Positions 48,441 to 57,308 of a DNA stretch of 60,064 bases are shown in pieces. This stretch comes from an uncultured Collinsella sp. (GTDB lineage: Bacteria > Actinomycetota > Coriobacteriia > Coriobacteriales > Coriobacteriaceae), in contig CAAELJ010000155.1 of the NCBI GenBank assembly GCA_900756725.1, positions 1 through 60,064 on the forward strand. Reading direction: 5' to 3'. The notes beneath the pieces were generated by a model. The model made no database searches. It worked only from the letters and a program-made list of their open reading frames with translations, and was not told the DNA's origin. Position 1 is the first letter of the stretch, and each line of letters opens with the position of its first letter. The position numbers and the translations under genes were made by a program.

Positions 48441-49952
48441 CTATGCCACGGTTACGGCGATTTGGGCGTAGCGGGTGCAGGGGCGCTCGGCGCGCGTCTG
48501 GACGGTGAGGGTGAGCACAAGGCGGTCGCCGGGTCGCGCGTCGGCGGGCACGATGAAAGCGGTGTCTACCGTGCATTCTTGCCACATCGACAGATCCTGG
48601 ACGCCTGCATAGCTCGATGGGTCTACGGCCACATCCCAATGTGCATCGAAGCCCTTGCCGTCGGGGTCGACGATGGTCGCTGTAAGGTTGACGCGCTCGC
48701 CGGCTGTGGCGCTGCGGTCGGCAGTGACCTCGACAACATGCGCCGGATGCGAGCAGATGGCCGGATCATGGGCACACCATTGCGCGCGGGCGGCAAAGTC
48801 TTCCTGATAGGCACGCAGATAGGGATTGAGATTGTCGTCTGCGGGCGTGCCGATGGAGGCAAAACCGGCGGGCGCGTTCGCATCGGGATGCCCATCAAAA
48901 AACATGCGTCCCAGCAGCGTATCGAAGCCGCGGTCGTCGATACCGCGCAGGCCAAACGGCAGCAGCGGAATATAGGTCATGCTGTCGCCTTCGGCCATAA
49001 AATCGCCGCGCTCAAACTGCATCGCGGGCATGCCTTCCAGGCCCCAATCCAGACGGGCATGCTTGCCAAACTGAAAGCGCTCAGGCTCGTTTTCGTAGAC
49101 CTTACCATCGCCATAGAGCATATAGCGTGCCATGAGGGGGCCGTTGCCCTGCGTGAGATTCTGCTCGGGCCAGGGAGCCTTAAACAGCGGCAGCGTATCG
49201 GGCTGAGCTGTTTTGGCGTCGAAATAGTTGCCATACATATAGGGCGTACGCCAAAAGATGAGCTCGGGAAAGAGCTCGCGCCCATGGTCGAGCCACGAGT
49301 TGTCCTGTCCCACGCCATCGGCAACGCCCATCACGCGCACCTTCTGATAGACCTGCTGCTGCACGGCGGGCCACTCGGGCGTGGCGCGATAGCGCTCGGC
49401 AATACTCATGAGGGCGCGAACGATCGTATTCATACCACCCCAGCTGAGCAACCATAACGTACGCGGATCATCATCCAGAATCGCCTGCGCAATTACGCGA
49501 GACCCCTCAGTTTCCTCAGTCACATCACCCTCAAAGGCAACATTTCCCACAAAGGTGCGCTCGATCATCTGGGCGGGCGTGGGAAACGGCGGCTCACCGG
49601 CAGCGGCCGCATTTGCCTGCAACTGCGGCCAAGCCTGGGCATATTCATTACTCCAGAGACTCTCAATCCAATGCTCGGGAAACGGCCGATACTCACGAAG
49701 CTCGCCGGCTAGCGGATCGGGCTCATGAGGCGCAACAGCCCACTCATAAGAGCGCCGCCCTTTGGTCCGCCAATGCGAATTCACCTCGCCGAGCGTATGA
49801 ACCCCATCCCCAAGAAAGTGATACTGCGAAGCCGTATACACCACAGCCTGAACATCAAGCAAGTTGAGATACAGAGCCAAATGAACAAGTGAGTTCATAT
49901 CATCGACTTCCATATCAGTGGTAACAATCACCCGAGTCAACTTCTGGGACAT
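48441..49952 (-). CDS. DUF1593-family protein (nucleoside-hydrolase-like N domain + Ig-like C domain)
   Basis: RVIVTTDMEVDD..SL, WGGMNT, QD, EGDS and DFAARAQW motifs. No signal peptide was seen. Confidence 0.78.
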   Translation of the reverse strand: MSQKLTRVIVTTDMEVDDMNSLVHLALYLNLLDVQAVVYTASQYHFLGDGVHTLGEVNSHWRTKGRRSYEWAVAPHEPDPLAGELREYRPFPEHWIESLWSNEYAQAWPQLQANAAAAGEPPFPTPAQMIERTFVGNVAFEGDVTEETEGSRVIAQAILDDDPRTLWLLSWGGMNTIVRALMSIAERYRATPEWPAVQQQVYQKVRVMGVADGVGQDNSWLDHGRELFPELIFWRTPYMYGNYFDAKTAQPDTLPLFKAPWPEQNLTQGNGPLMARYMLYGDGKVYENEPERFQFGKHARLDWGLEGMPAMQFERGDFMAEGDSMTYIPLLPFGLRGIDDRGFDTLLGRMFFDGHPDANAPAGFASIGTPADDNLNPYLRAYQEDFAARAQWCAHDPAICSHPAHVVEVTADRSATAGERVNLTATIVDPDGKGFDAHWDVAVDPSSYAGVQDLSMWQECTVDTAFIVPADARPGDRLVLTLTVQTRAERPCTRYAQIAVTVA

Positions 49953-50031
49953 AGGAACAGCTCCAATCAAAATCAATTCAGCCAGTTACGCGCAAGGCAA
50001 GACTAAACCCCGGTCCCCGCGATGGGAGGGC

Positions 50032-51369
50032 TTAGCGGTCGACCCTGGCCGACCACTCCCAGCAGCCCACCGGCTCGCCGTCGATGAGTACGTTGCCCCC
50101 GTCGAAGTCTTGATAACACAGGTCGTTGAATTGGTGGATCCACACGCCGTGGTTGAACGTCTTCTTGGCCGAGCCGTCGGCCTCGCGATACACGCCGGTC
50201 AGGTCCTCGACATGGCTAAAGTAGGTGAGGTGCACGTTGGCGCCGGCATCGCGCAGGCGCGCCGTGAGCGGCAGCACGGTCTGTTGCGGTGACACGAGCT
50301 CGTCGCCCTTGGAGTGCGTAAACCACAGCGGCGTCTTGGCGAGCGCGGCCACGTCCTCGTCCGTGGCGTTGTACCACGGGGCGCAGCAGGGAAGGCCCGC
50401 GGCGAAGAAATCGGGGTAGTCGGCGCACAGGCGCAGGGTCATAAAGCCGCCGTTGGAAAGACCGGCGACCACGATGCGGTCGGTGTCGATGCGGTCGGCA
50501 TGCTCGGCGACAAACTCATCGATAAGTGCCTTGAGCACGGGGGAGTAGATGCTCTGGTTGGAGTGACCAAGCTGCTCGACGCCGTTGTCCATCCAAAACG
50601 TGGGCGACTGCGGTACGAGCACCCAGGCAAAGCCGCCAAAGTAGCGCTGGATCTGCGCCTGGCTGATGGCCGTCACGCGGTTGCCGATATAGGCGCGCGT
50701 GGCGCCTTCGCCCTGCGTGGCGCCCTTGCCCTCGCCGGCGCCGTGCAGATACACCACGAGCGGTGCCTTTTGGGGCACGGCCGTGGCCTCGGGCGCAAAG
50801 GGGTTGAAGCATGCCGAGTCCTCGGCCTTAAAGCTGGGCTCAAAGAAGCCGTATTCGAGCGCGATACCGTCGACGGCGGTCTTTTGCGTGTCGTTGCTCC
50901 AGCCTTTGAGCGCAGGGCAGATATCGCCACGGCAGGTGTCGAAGACCAGGCCGCAGGTGGGATCGTCGCCGTCGTTGCCGGGAAGAGCCGCGAGCTGCGT
51001 GATGTGCAACTGGTCATCGAGCATGCGCGAGCCCATGACGCCGCCTTCGATCTTTTTGGTCAGGCGCTGCTCGGCGACCTCGAGCGCCACATGGGTGCCC
51101 ACGGCGAGCTTACGTCCGTTCTCGTCGCACGGATATGCGGCGAGAACGTCGATGTAACCCACGGAGGGCGCGGCATGGTCGGCGCCGCGTTCCTTGCGCA
51201 TCAGAACATCGCCCGAGCGCTCGTGACGCTCTACATATATATGGAAGGTGTTCGCGTCGATGTCGTTGGCGCGCACGGTGCAGGGCAGGTCGAGTACGAC
51301 CTTGCTGATCCAGGGGCCAAAGTCGCCCAAGGTGGTGACGGTTGCGTAGGTACACAATTTGAGTTCCAT
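50032..51369 (-). CDS. Esterase/peptidase (alpha/beta hydrolase with N-terminal Ig-like domain)
   Basis: PLVVYLHGAGE, VLVPQ, GLSNGG, HSKGD and NHGVW motifs. Confidence 0.82.
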   Translation of the reverse strand: MELKLCTYATVTTLGDFGPWISKVVLDLPCTVRANDIDANTFHIYVERHERSGDVLMRKERGADHAAPSVGYIDVLAAYPCDENGRKLAVGTHVALEVAEQRLTKKIEGGVMGSRMLDDQLHITQLAALPGNDGDDPTCGLVFDTCRGDICPALKGWSNDTQKTAVDGIALEYGFFEPSFKAEDSACFNPFAPEATAVPQKAPLVVYLHGAGEGKGATQGEGATRAYIGNRVTAISQAQIQRYFGGFAWVLVPQSPTFWMDNGVEQLGHSNQSIYSPVLKALIDEFVAEHADRIDTDRIVVAGLSNGGFMTLRLCADYPDFFAAGLPCCAPWYNATDEDVAALAKTPLWFTHSKGDELVSPQQTVLPLTARLRDAGANVHLTYFSHVEDLTGVYREADGSAKKTFNHGVWIHQFNDLCYQDFDGGNVLIDGEPVGCWEWSARVDR

Positions 51370-51417
51370 GAGCTGTCTCCCTTGCGCCGCGAATGCCTGG
51401 CATCTGCGGCAATACAA

Positions 51418-51753
51418 ACTAAACATGTTTAGTGTAATCTAGAATTGAAGAATAACAAGATGAACTCGGTAAACGGCAAAATTGAACACGTCGTGAACTA
51501 CTAAACGTATGTTTACTAGCTTCTAGCAGGGATTCTGTTGATGAGTTAACAGATCAGTGAGGTGTTCATCAAAATAAAATCCCACGTAAATGGCTATATA
51601 TCAATAGAGGGTCAAAGAGACCATCTCCCGCCATTCAAATACGTTCACCCCCGATTTCCTACCGTTCACCGGACTGTAGACGGCAAAATTGCCATAAATT
51701 CGGCGCTCCGTGTAAACTAAAGCCCGTAAACGTTCAGTAAACACCTTGTTTAC
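51418..51753. promoter_or_regulatory. Divergent promoter region with TAAAC/GTTTA operator-like sites
   Basis: Perfect palindrome ACTAAACATGTTTAGT (51418-51433), CTAAACGTATGTTTAC (51501) and GTAAACGTTCAGTAAACACCTTGTTTACA (51726). Confidence 0.65.
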
Positions 51754-51859
51754 AAAAGCGTATCCAAGGGTCCGGCAACCGTAAGGGGTTATAGTCGCCG
51801 GGCCAAAGGCGTGCCTAAGCCCAAGGGGACTGGCACACGAAGATATGGGGAGGGGTCCC

Positions 51860-53287
51860 ATGGCAGTAGATAACAAGCAGATTGCCACCGATGTCCTCGA
51901 GCTCGTGGGCGGTGCGGAGAATGTTTCCGTTGCCACCAACTGCATGACGCGCCTGCGTCTGACGCTCAAGGATAACAGCAAGGCCGACGTGGAGAAGATC
52001 AAGAAGGTCAGGGGTGTTCTGGGTTGCCAGTTTGCCGGCAGCCAGCTCCAGGTCATCATCGGCCAGAACGTGCCCAAGGTGCTCGCCGAGTTCGTCGCCA
52101 TCTCCGGTGTCAAGCAGGGTGAGGCCGTCAACGAGAACCTCGATGCTCCCAAGGAGAAGTTCGAGCTCAAGAACCTGCCCAATATCATCCTCGACTATCT
52201 GTCGGGCTCCATGACCCAGCTCATCCCGCTGCTCATGGCCGGCGGTCTGTTCCGTACCATCGCGGCCGTCCTCGGCCCCACCATGCTCGGTGTGCTCTCG
52301 GCCGACGACCCGACCTATACGTTCCTCTACACCACGCTGTACGAGGCCACGTTCACCTTTATCCCCATCTACCTGGGTTATGCCGCGGCTAAGAAGCTCG
52401 GCGCCAGCCCGGTGCTCGGCATGCTGCTCGGTGGCGCCCTCATGGCTCCTTCCGTGGTGAGCGTCGCCACCCAGGAGGGCGGCGGAATCATCTCCGTCTA
52501 CGGCATCCAGATCGCCGCTGCCAACTACCAGCAGTCCGTCCTGCCGATCATCCTTTCGGTGCCCGTCCTGTACTTCATCGAGAAGTTCTTTAAGAAGGTT
52601 ATGCCCGACGTGCTGTCCACGGTCTTCACGCCGTTCTGCACCATGATCGTCACGATCCCCATTGCCTTCATCGTCCTCGCTCCGATCGGCAACGAGATCG
52701 GTACGCTGATCGCCAACGCCCTCTTCGGCCTTGCTGACCTTGGCGGCATCGGCATCCTGATCGTCATGGCCATCCTCGGCGCCTTCTGGCAGCTCTTCGT
52801 GGTCTGCGGCATGCACATGCCCGTCATCCTGCTCGCCCAGGTTCAGATCATCGCTGCCGGTTACGATCCCTTCGTCTTCGTTTCCACCAACTGCGCTATG
52901 GCCGCTGTCTGGGGCTGCGCCTTCGGTGCCTTCCTCAAGATGAAGAACCCCGACGAGAAGTCTCTCGCCATCGGTTACGTCATCTCCGCCATCGCCGGCG
53001 GCGTCACCGAGCCCGCGCTCTTCGGTATCCTCATGCGCTTCCGTCGCACCATGTTTGGCATGTTCATCGGCGGTGCTATCGGCGCTGTGTTCTCCGGCCT
53101 CATGGGTGTTACCTACTACCTCGCAGGCGGTGCCTCCAACTTCCTGGTCTTCACCAACTACCTGCAGGGTGGCCAGATGAACACCGTCTGGGCTATCGTT
53201 GGTATGGCAATCTCCTTTGTCATCGCCGCTGCCGTCGTCTTTGTCTCCGGCTTCTCCAAGGAGGAGCTCGCCGAGATGGAGGCCTAA
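51860..53287 (+). CDS. PTS EIIBC, beta-glucoside class (no EIIA)
   Basis: NCMTRLR, QLQVIIG, GMH and GGVTEPALFG motifs. Confidence 0.92.
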   Translation: MAVDNKQIATDVLELVGGAENVSVATNCMTRLRLTLKDNSKADVEKIKKVRGVLGCQFAGSQLQVIIGQNVPKVLAEFVAISGVKQGEAVNENLDAPKEKFELKNLPNIILDYLSGSMTQLIPLLMAGGLFRTIAAVLGPTMLGVLSADDPTYTFLYTTLYEATFTFIPIYLGYAAAKKLGASPVLGMLLGGALMAPSVVSVATQEGGGIISVYGIQIAAANYQQSVLPIILSVPVLYFIEKFFKKVMPDVLSTVFTPFCTMIVTIPIAFIVLAPIGNEIGTLIANALFGLADLGGIGILIVMAILGAFWQLFVVCGMHMPVILLAQVQIIAAGYDPFVFVSTNCAMAAVWGCAFGAFLKMKNPDEKSLAIGYVISAIAGGVTEPALFGILMRFRRTMFGMFIGGAIGAVFSGLMGVTYYLAGGASNFLVFTNYLQGGQMNTVWAIVGMAISFVIAAAVVFVSGFSKEELAEMEA

Positions 53288-53328
53288 GGCCAAACCGTTC
53301 GGTCGCATAAGACCTCACCTACACGACA

Positions 53329-53472
53329 GGGCCCCGTCAGGCGTAAGCCCGGCGGGGCCCTTCTTGCAAGGTAGACTGATGGAGGCGGGTGAGATTCGCC
53401 CGCGAGGGTTTGCCAAGCGCCGGGGGCTTTCGCGCGGGGTTATCGCGAAAGCCCCCGGCGGTTCGCAAATCC
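53329..53472 (+). other. Two strong intercistronic hairpins
   Basis: GGGCCCCGTC..GGCGGGGCCC followed by TTCTT (~53329-53365), and CCGGGGGCTTTCGCG / CGCGAAAGCCCCCGG (~53420-53458). Confidence 0.6.
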
Positions 53473-53496
53473 TTTATCAAACGAAAGGACATGCAG

Positions 53497-54810
53497 ATGA
53501 GTTTGGGAAAGCTGACCGCCAACGGTCGCCAGGACGGCTTTTTGTGCGAGGGCAAACCGTTCTTCTGGTTTGCCGATACGTGCTGGAGCGCATTTACGAG
53601 CATCGCCGAGAACGACTGGGATTACTACCTGACCCGCCGTGCCGAGCAGGGCATGAACGTGCTGCAGATCAACACGTTGCCGCAGTGGGATCGCTGCTGT
53701 CCCGACCTGGGCATTTGGCCCTATGCCAGCGAGGATGGCGTGCACTTTGATTGGTCCTGCCCCAACCAGGCGTATTGGGATCGTGCCGCCGCCATGTGCC
53801 GCGCGGCCGTCGAGCACGGCATTCGTCCGGCGCTCGTGCTCATGTGGTGCAACTACGTGCCCGGTACCTGGGGTGCCAAGATCGCCGAGCGTTGCGGTGC
53901 CGAGATTATGCCGCGTGAGGAGGTTCGCGCCCACGTTGCCCGCGTCGTCGAGAACCTGGGCGAGTTCGACCCCGTCTACGTGGTGGCGGGCGATACCGAC
54001 TTTGCCGGCGACGAGGCGATCGCCTATTACGAGGACGCCCTCGACGAGGTCGTCAAGCGCGCGCCCGAGGCACTGCGCACCATGCATATCAACCGCGGTA
54101 ACCGCACCATTCCGGCGCAGTATCTGGACCGTCTGGACTTTTATATGTTCCAGCCCGGCCACAACTACGAGGGCCAGCCCGAGGCATGGCGTCTGCCGCA
54201 GGACTTTATCGCCAACTATCCCAAAAAGCCGATGGTCAACTCCGAGCCTTGCTACGAGCAGATGGGTGCGTCGCGCAACGTCTACTGGCGTTTTACCGCG
54301 CAGGATTGCCGCGCGAGCGTATGGTCGTCGATTCTTGCCGGCGCCAGTGCCGGCGTGACCTATGGCGCACACGGCGTGTGGAACTGGCAAACATCGCGCA
54401 GCCAGGGTTCGGTCCTGGGCGAGGGCTTTGACATGCCCTTCCGCTGGCAAGAGTGCCTGCAGTTTGCGGGTGTGTGGGACTTTGGCGCGATCGAGCACGT
54501 GCTTGCCGCCCTAGGCGCTACGGCTGCCGACGATGCACTTGCCGTGGTTCCGGCGCAGGAGCTCCTCGACGACGCGCGCGAGTCCATCCGTGTGGCGCGC
54601 GTTGGCGATCGCATCGTCGCGTACCTGCCGCGTACCACGGCGCTCAAGTTTAAGCTCGACGGCGCGCGTGGCTGGACGGCGACGGTCCTCGACATGGAGG
54701 ACAAGCGCATCGCAAAGCTGCCCGTCCGTGACAACGGTGACGGCACCGTGCGCGTGGCGCAGCATCCCTTTGAGCACGACGCGCTGGTGATCCTGGCCCC
54801 CGGGCGCTAA
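53497..54810 (+). CDS. DUF4038 / GH140-like glycoside hydrolase (candidate apiosidase)
   Basis: GKPFFWFADTCW, R..QGMNVLQ, VAGD, FYMFQPGH, NSEPCYE and GVTYGAHGVW motifs. AAAGGA RBS; no signal peptide. Confidence 0.78.
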   Translation: MSLGKLTANGRQDGFLCEGKPFFWFADTCWSAFTSIAENDWDYYLTRRAEQGMNVLQINTLPQWDRCCPDLGIWPYASEDGVHFDWSCPNQAYWDRAAAMCRAAVEHGIRPALVLMWCNYVPGTWGAKIAERCGAEIMPREEVRAHVARVVENLGEFDPVYVVAGDTDFAGDEAIAYYEDALDEVVKRAPEALRTMHINRGNRTIPAQYLDRLDFYMFQPGHNYEGQPEAWRLPQDFIANYPKKPMVNSEPCYEQMGASRNVYWRFTAQDCRASVWSSILAGASAGVTYGAHGVWNWQTSRSQGSVLGEGFDMPFRWQECLQFAGVWDFGAIEHVLAALGATAADDALAVVPAQELLDDARESIRVARVGDRIVAYLPRTTALKFKLDGARGWTATVLDMEDKRIAKLPVRDNGDGTVRVAQHPFEHDALVILAPGR

Positions 54811-54922
54811 CGGCTCTTCTCCAACATTTACAACCCAGTCCCTTTCATTAGGCTGCGACGGAATGGTTCCTGCATGACGGCTTCAAGCTGCCAAGGGGAG
54901 CCATTCCGTCGCACCCTTTGCT

Positions 54923-54961
54923 TACTCATTGGGTACTCATTGGGGACGTACTTAAATGAGT
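54923..54961 (-). repeat. REP-like hairpin, family 1, with 11-bp tandem duplication
   Basis: TACTCATTGGG occurs twice in tandem; the hairpin is ACTCATT-GGGGACGTACTTA-AATGAGT. Confidence 0.85.
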
Positions 54962-55148
54962 GGCAGTTGGGGGATACTCCTTGCCGAGTTGGAGCTTGCG
55001 CGCGCCCCTTCTGGGTCATGCGGCTCAAAATCGCGGCGTCATGCGGACGGCTGGGGTCGAATTTGCAACATTTCGAACTTGGCTTCGATATTGAGATTGG
55101 TTCTTTATTAAAATGGTGTTCCGGACAACAAAGCGGGTGGGGGTTACC

Positions 55149-56693
55149 ATGAGGGACCTGGGAGACACAACCGCATATTTGCGCCGGGGCATGCGGGAGA
55201 TTCTGTGCCTAGCGCTGTTCTTCTTCACGTTTTTGGCGTGCGAGTATTTCTTTGATGCGCGCATGGCCGAGTTCGTGCCATCGAGTGAGGTCGTCATCTA
55301 CGAGAGCATCGTTGTCGGCGCGAGCGTGATTGGCTTTTTCGTGCGCCCATTTCTGTACTATCGCCGTCCCCAGACGATCGATGCGACGAGCGATATTACG
55401 GGCGTGCTGTTGGTATCGGCGTTGCTGCTGATGATTATGGCAATGCGGTTTGAGGTAGTAATTGCCGGCGGCCTGGTGGCGTGCTGCGCCCTGGGCTATT
55501 GCGGATCGACCGCCCATGCCAATCTTGCGCGGCGTTTTGCGCAGACGCCCTGCCTGGCGCGCACCGTGGCGGTTTCCTATGCTGTGGGCATTTTGGTGCA
55601 GGTGCTCAACCATATGGTGATGCCTGCGGGCATTCCCCAGCAGTCTGTTCTCATTGCCTGTGCGATTGCGCTGGTGGGGCTGCTTCACGGTGTCCGCCGC
55701 GCTAAATTGCGTGATGAGCCTGCGCCCGAGTTCGAGGTCGAGATTGCCGAGCTATCGGTCGATGCGTCGGAGCGTGGCGCCAGGTGGCACGATGACCCCG
55801 AGGCAAAGGCGACCTTTCAGGGCGCCGTGGTGCGTCTGACGGTGGCGACCGCTTGCCTCACCGGCGTGTTCGCGGCCCTCAATGCCGGCCTTACGACCTC
55901 GCATGCCGCTGGCGCTATCGATCTGGGCGACTGGCCGCGCTTGCTGCTGGTTGTGAGCGCCCTTGCCGCCGGCGTCCTGTATGACCTGCGTGGGCGTTCG
56001 TATATGAATATCATCATGACGTGCGCCGCCATGCTGTCCACGCTCTCGTTCTTTGTACTTATCACCGATGGCAACGGTGGCAACACGCTTGCCGCCACGA
56101 TTATCTTTTACCTTGGCACGGGCTTTTTCGTGGTGTTCTTCACCGCGAAGTTCGCCGCGATTTCGATGTATGCCCGCTGGGCGTATCTGTGGCCGTGCAT
56201 GGGCCGTGTTATCAACAACGTTTGCTCGATGCTCGTGACGGCTCCGGCAGTGGCGATTATCTCGAGTCAAAACGTGCTGGCGGCAGTGAGCGTCGTGCTC
56301 GTGCTGTTTGTCGGCATCGCGATTTCGCTGTTGGGACAGTTTGGACAAGACGGTGAGGGCGAGGCGACGCGCGGCAGGCTGGCGCTTGCCACCGACGATC
56401 TTGGCGTGAGCTGTGAGCCCGGCCAGGCCGACACGGTGCCCCTGGAGGCGCCGGAGCTTTCGTTTGACGATCGGCTCGATGGCTTCGTTGCCGCCTTTGG
56501 GCTCACCAAGCGCGAGCGCGATGTTCTGGAGGCACTGGTCGTTTCGGACGACAGCGTGCAGGACGTGGCGGCGGCACTCTTCCTTTCGCGTTCCACGCTC
56601 TATCGCCACATCGCTTCGATTAACAAAAAGACAGGTGCCTCCTCGCGCGTAGCCCTCATCAACTTCTTCTGGTCCTGGACACCCCAAGACTAG
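55149..56693 (+). CDS. ~12-TM membrane protein fused to a C-terminal LuxR HTH (one-component regulator)
   Basis: Two blocks of about 6 hydrophobic helices, followed by GLTKRERDVL...AALFLSRSTLYRHI. Confidence 0.85.
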   Translation: MRDLGDTTAYLRRGMREILCLALFFFTFLACEYFFDARMAEFVPSSEVVIYESIVVGASVIGFFVRPFLYYRRPQTIDATSDITGVLLVSALLLMIMAMRFEVVIAGGLVACCALGYCGSTAHANLARRFAQTPCLARTVAVSYAVGILVQVLNHMVMPAGIPQQSVLIACAIALVGLLHGVRRAKLRDEPAPEFEVEIAELSVDASERGARWHDDPEAKATFQGAVVRLTVATACLTGVFAALNAGLTTSHAAGAIDLGDWPRLLLVVSALAAGVLYDLRGRSYMNIIMTCAAMLSTLSFFVLITDGNGGNTLAATIIFYLGTGFFVVFFTAKFAAISMYARWAYLWPCMGRVINNVCSMLVTAPAVAIISSQNVLAAVSVVLVLFVGIAISLLGQFGQDGEGEATRGRLALATDDLGVSCEPGQADTVPLEAPELSFDDRLDGFVAAFGLTKRERDVLEALVVSDDSVQDVAAALFLSRSTLYRHIASINKKTGASSRVALINFFWSWTPQD

Positions 56694-56695
56694 CT

Positions 56696-56736
56696 AACCA
56701 CCACAAAGGGGACAGGCACCTTTGTGGTGGTTTTTT
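56696..56736 (+). repeat. REP-like hairpin, family 2 (also a plausible terminator)
   Basis: AACCACCACAAAGG-GGACAGGCA-CCTTTGTGGTGGTT followed by TTTT, 2 nt after the stop. Confidence 0.85.
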
Positions 56737-56838
56737 ACCTGCAAAAATATGAATATGAGACATTTGTCACCTGCCGTTTTGGTGCTCAAAGGCATATGAA
56801 TGTGATGCTGAGCAGAGCAGAACGGAGGGGGTGCACCT

Positions 56839-57288
56839 ATGGCGTCTCGGGGTTGCGCGTCTAATAAAATTGCGGGCGTGCTTATCGCCGTGGTGGTCTT
56901 TGCCGCGGCGGTGACACTCTTGCGAGTTTACGTTGCCGGCGACCATGGCGCTCAGGGAAAGACTGCCGCGCAAGTGTCGCTCAACGATTGCGCTGCCGTT
57001 CCGGTGGCGGTCAAGCTTATCGAGGACGGGGAGGCGCGGACGGCCTATGAGACCGACGATGACGAACTGGTCGCATCGACTTTTGCCGCGCTCGATGGCT
57101 GCACCGTGGGGGATGCGGTGGATGAGCGGACGAGCGATGCCGGCCGAACGCTCGTCTTTGTCTATACGGATGGCTCGGAGCAATCGGTAGAACTTGAGGG
57201 CAAAAACATCGTGCTCGATAGGACGGCGTATCGACTTAACGGTGCCGATGAGTTATGGCGGCAGCTTGCCGCAATCAAAAACAGCTAA
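56839..57288 (+). CDS. Hypothetical membrane-anchored/secreted protein
   Basis: GGAGG RBS, N-terminal hydrophobic helix and acidic domain. Confidence 0.65.
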   Translation: MASRGCASNKIAGVLIAVVVFAAAVTLLRVYVAGDHGAQGKTAAQVSLNDCAAVPVAVKLIEDGEARTAYETDDDELVASTFAALDGCTVGDAVDERTSDAGRTLVFVYTDGSEQSVELEGKNIVLDRTAYRLNGADELWRQLAAIKNS

Positions 57289-57308
57289 CGAAATTAGGGA
57301 TGTACGGG

